The notes beneath the pieces were generated by a model that worked only from the letters and a program-made list of their open reading frames with translations, had not been told where the DNA came from and did no database searches. Source: Lama guanicoe (taxonomy: Eukaryota). Taken from it: a stretch of DNA of 64,000 bases. Every line of letters starts with the position of its first letter. Within the stretch, counting starts at the first letter, position 1. The stretch covers positions 19,460,711 to 19,524,710 of the forward strand of contig MU054187.1 in NCBI GenBank assembly GCA_013239625.1, in the 5' to 3' direction. Both the position numbers and the translations under genes were made by a program. Positions 63,166-64,000 of this stretch are shown here, one piece after another.

Positions 63166-63622
63166 GTATATGTTTCCTAAGGCTGCCATGACAACGCAGC
63201 AGGAACTAAGTGGTTTAAACAACAGAAATGTATCTTCTCACAGTTCTCCTGGAGGCTAGAAAGCCAAGATCAAGGTGTTGGCGGGGTTGGTTCCTTCTGA
63301 CCGCTCAGAGGGCAACTCTGTTACTTGCCACTTTCTGCCCCAGCTTCTGCGGGCTTACTGGCAATCTTTGGCACTCTTTGGCTTATAGATGCATCACCTG
63401 GAACTCTGCCTTCATGTTCACATGGCATTCTCTACATATGCTTGTCTCTTTATCCAGATTTCCTCTTTATAAGTACACAAGTTGTATTGGGTTAGAGCCC
63501 CTGATGACTTTATTTTAATCTACCTTTGTAAAGGTCCTATTTCCAAATGAGATCACATTCTGAGGTCCTCGGGGTTAGGGCTGAAACATATCTTTTAGGG
63601 GGACACAATTCAACCCATGATA
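63166..63622 (-). mobile_element. MaLR (MLT1B/C-like) solo LTR
   Basis: TTTCCTAAGGCTGCCATGACAA...TTAAACAACAGAAATGTAT...CACATTCTGAGGT...GGGGACACAATTCAACCCA. Confidence 0.85.
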
Positions 63623-64000
63623 GGAAGGATGCTCATTATTAATCAAGAGGAATATTTTGTAGTTGGTAGTATCTTTTTCTGGAGACCAAAGAGCATGTTC
63701 AACACTGTTTTGTATATAGGTCAAAAATTTTATTAGACTCAAGATAATGCCAGGGAAGTAGATACTTTGATCTGAGGTCTGAACTTTATCAATACTGCTA
63801 AGTTCCTAGTTTCATGTTTACTACTGTGAATATTGCAAGCCGTATCAGTAAAAAGGATGCTGTGGCCACCAAGTCATCAGATGCTATTGCCATACCGCTG
63901 ACAGTGAGCAAAGGAAACTCAGGGTGCCGACAAGCAGGCAACCCGCCTCTGTCACCTCCGACGGTGCCTCCTGAGGGAACTCGGATGTGAAAGAACAGGA

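Noticed and set aside
40700..64000. Additional FABP-cluster genes (PMP2, FABP9, FABP4) or FABP5 pseudogenes
   Set aside because: I found no FABP-like peptide outside the four exons; the neighbouring genes presumably lie beyond the window.
1..64000. Prokaryotic-type systems (CRISPR, operons, defence islands)
   Set aside because: The sequence is mammalian, intron-containing and repeat-rich, with no such structures.

Overview
Mammalian nuclear DNA, most likely camelid (alpaca/llama/camel). This is inferred from 11 copies of a tRNA-Ala-derived SINE resembling the camelid Vic-1 family and from artiodactyl-type L1 3' ends. The window holds one protein-coding gene: a complete four-exon FABP5 (epidermal fatty acid-binding protein, 135 aa, + strand, CDS 35862-35940, 38465-38637, 39000-39101, 40358-40411). 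It has a CpG-island/GC-box/CCAAT/TATA promoter and an AATAAA at 40592. The rest is intergenic and rich in repeats: SINEs, L1 and L2 fragments, MIRs, ERV1/ERVL/MaLR LTRs, two decayed ERVL-type integrase remnants, hAT and Tigger DNA transposons, and microsatellites. I see no evidence of a wholly new biological system. The best leads are (i) a Cys127->Ser change that removes the FABP5-specific Cys120-Cys127 disulfide, (ii) an inverted SINE pair inside FABP5 intron 3, (iii) a MER41-like solo LTR about 1.8 kb upstream of the FABP5 TATA box, (iv) ~120-bp L1-tail insertions that share a 5' boundary, and (v) a tight NF-kB motif cluster at 62481-62520. Repeat family names are recalled from consensus sequences and were not checked by a database search.
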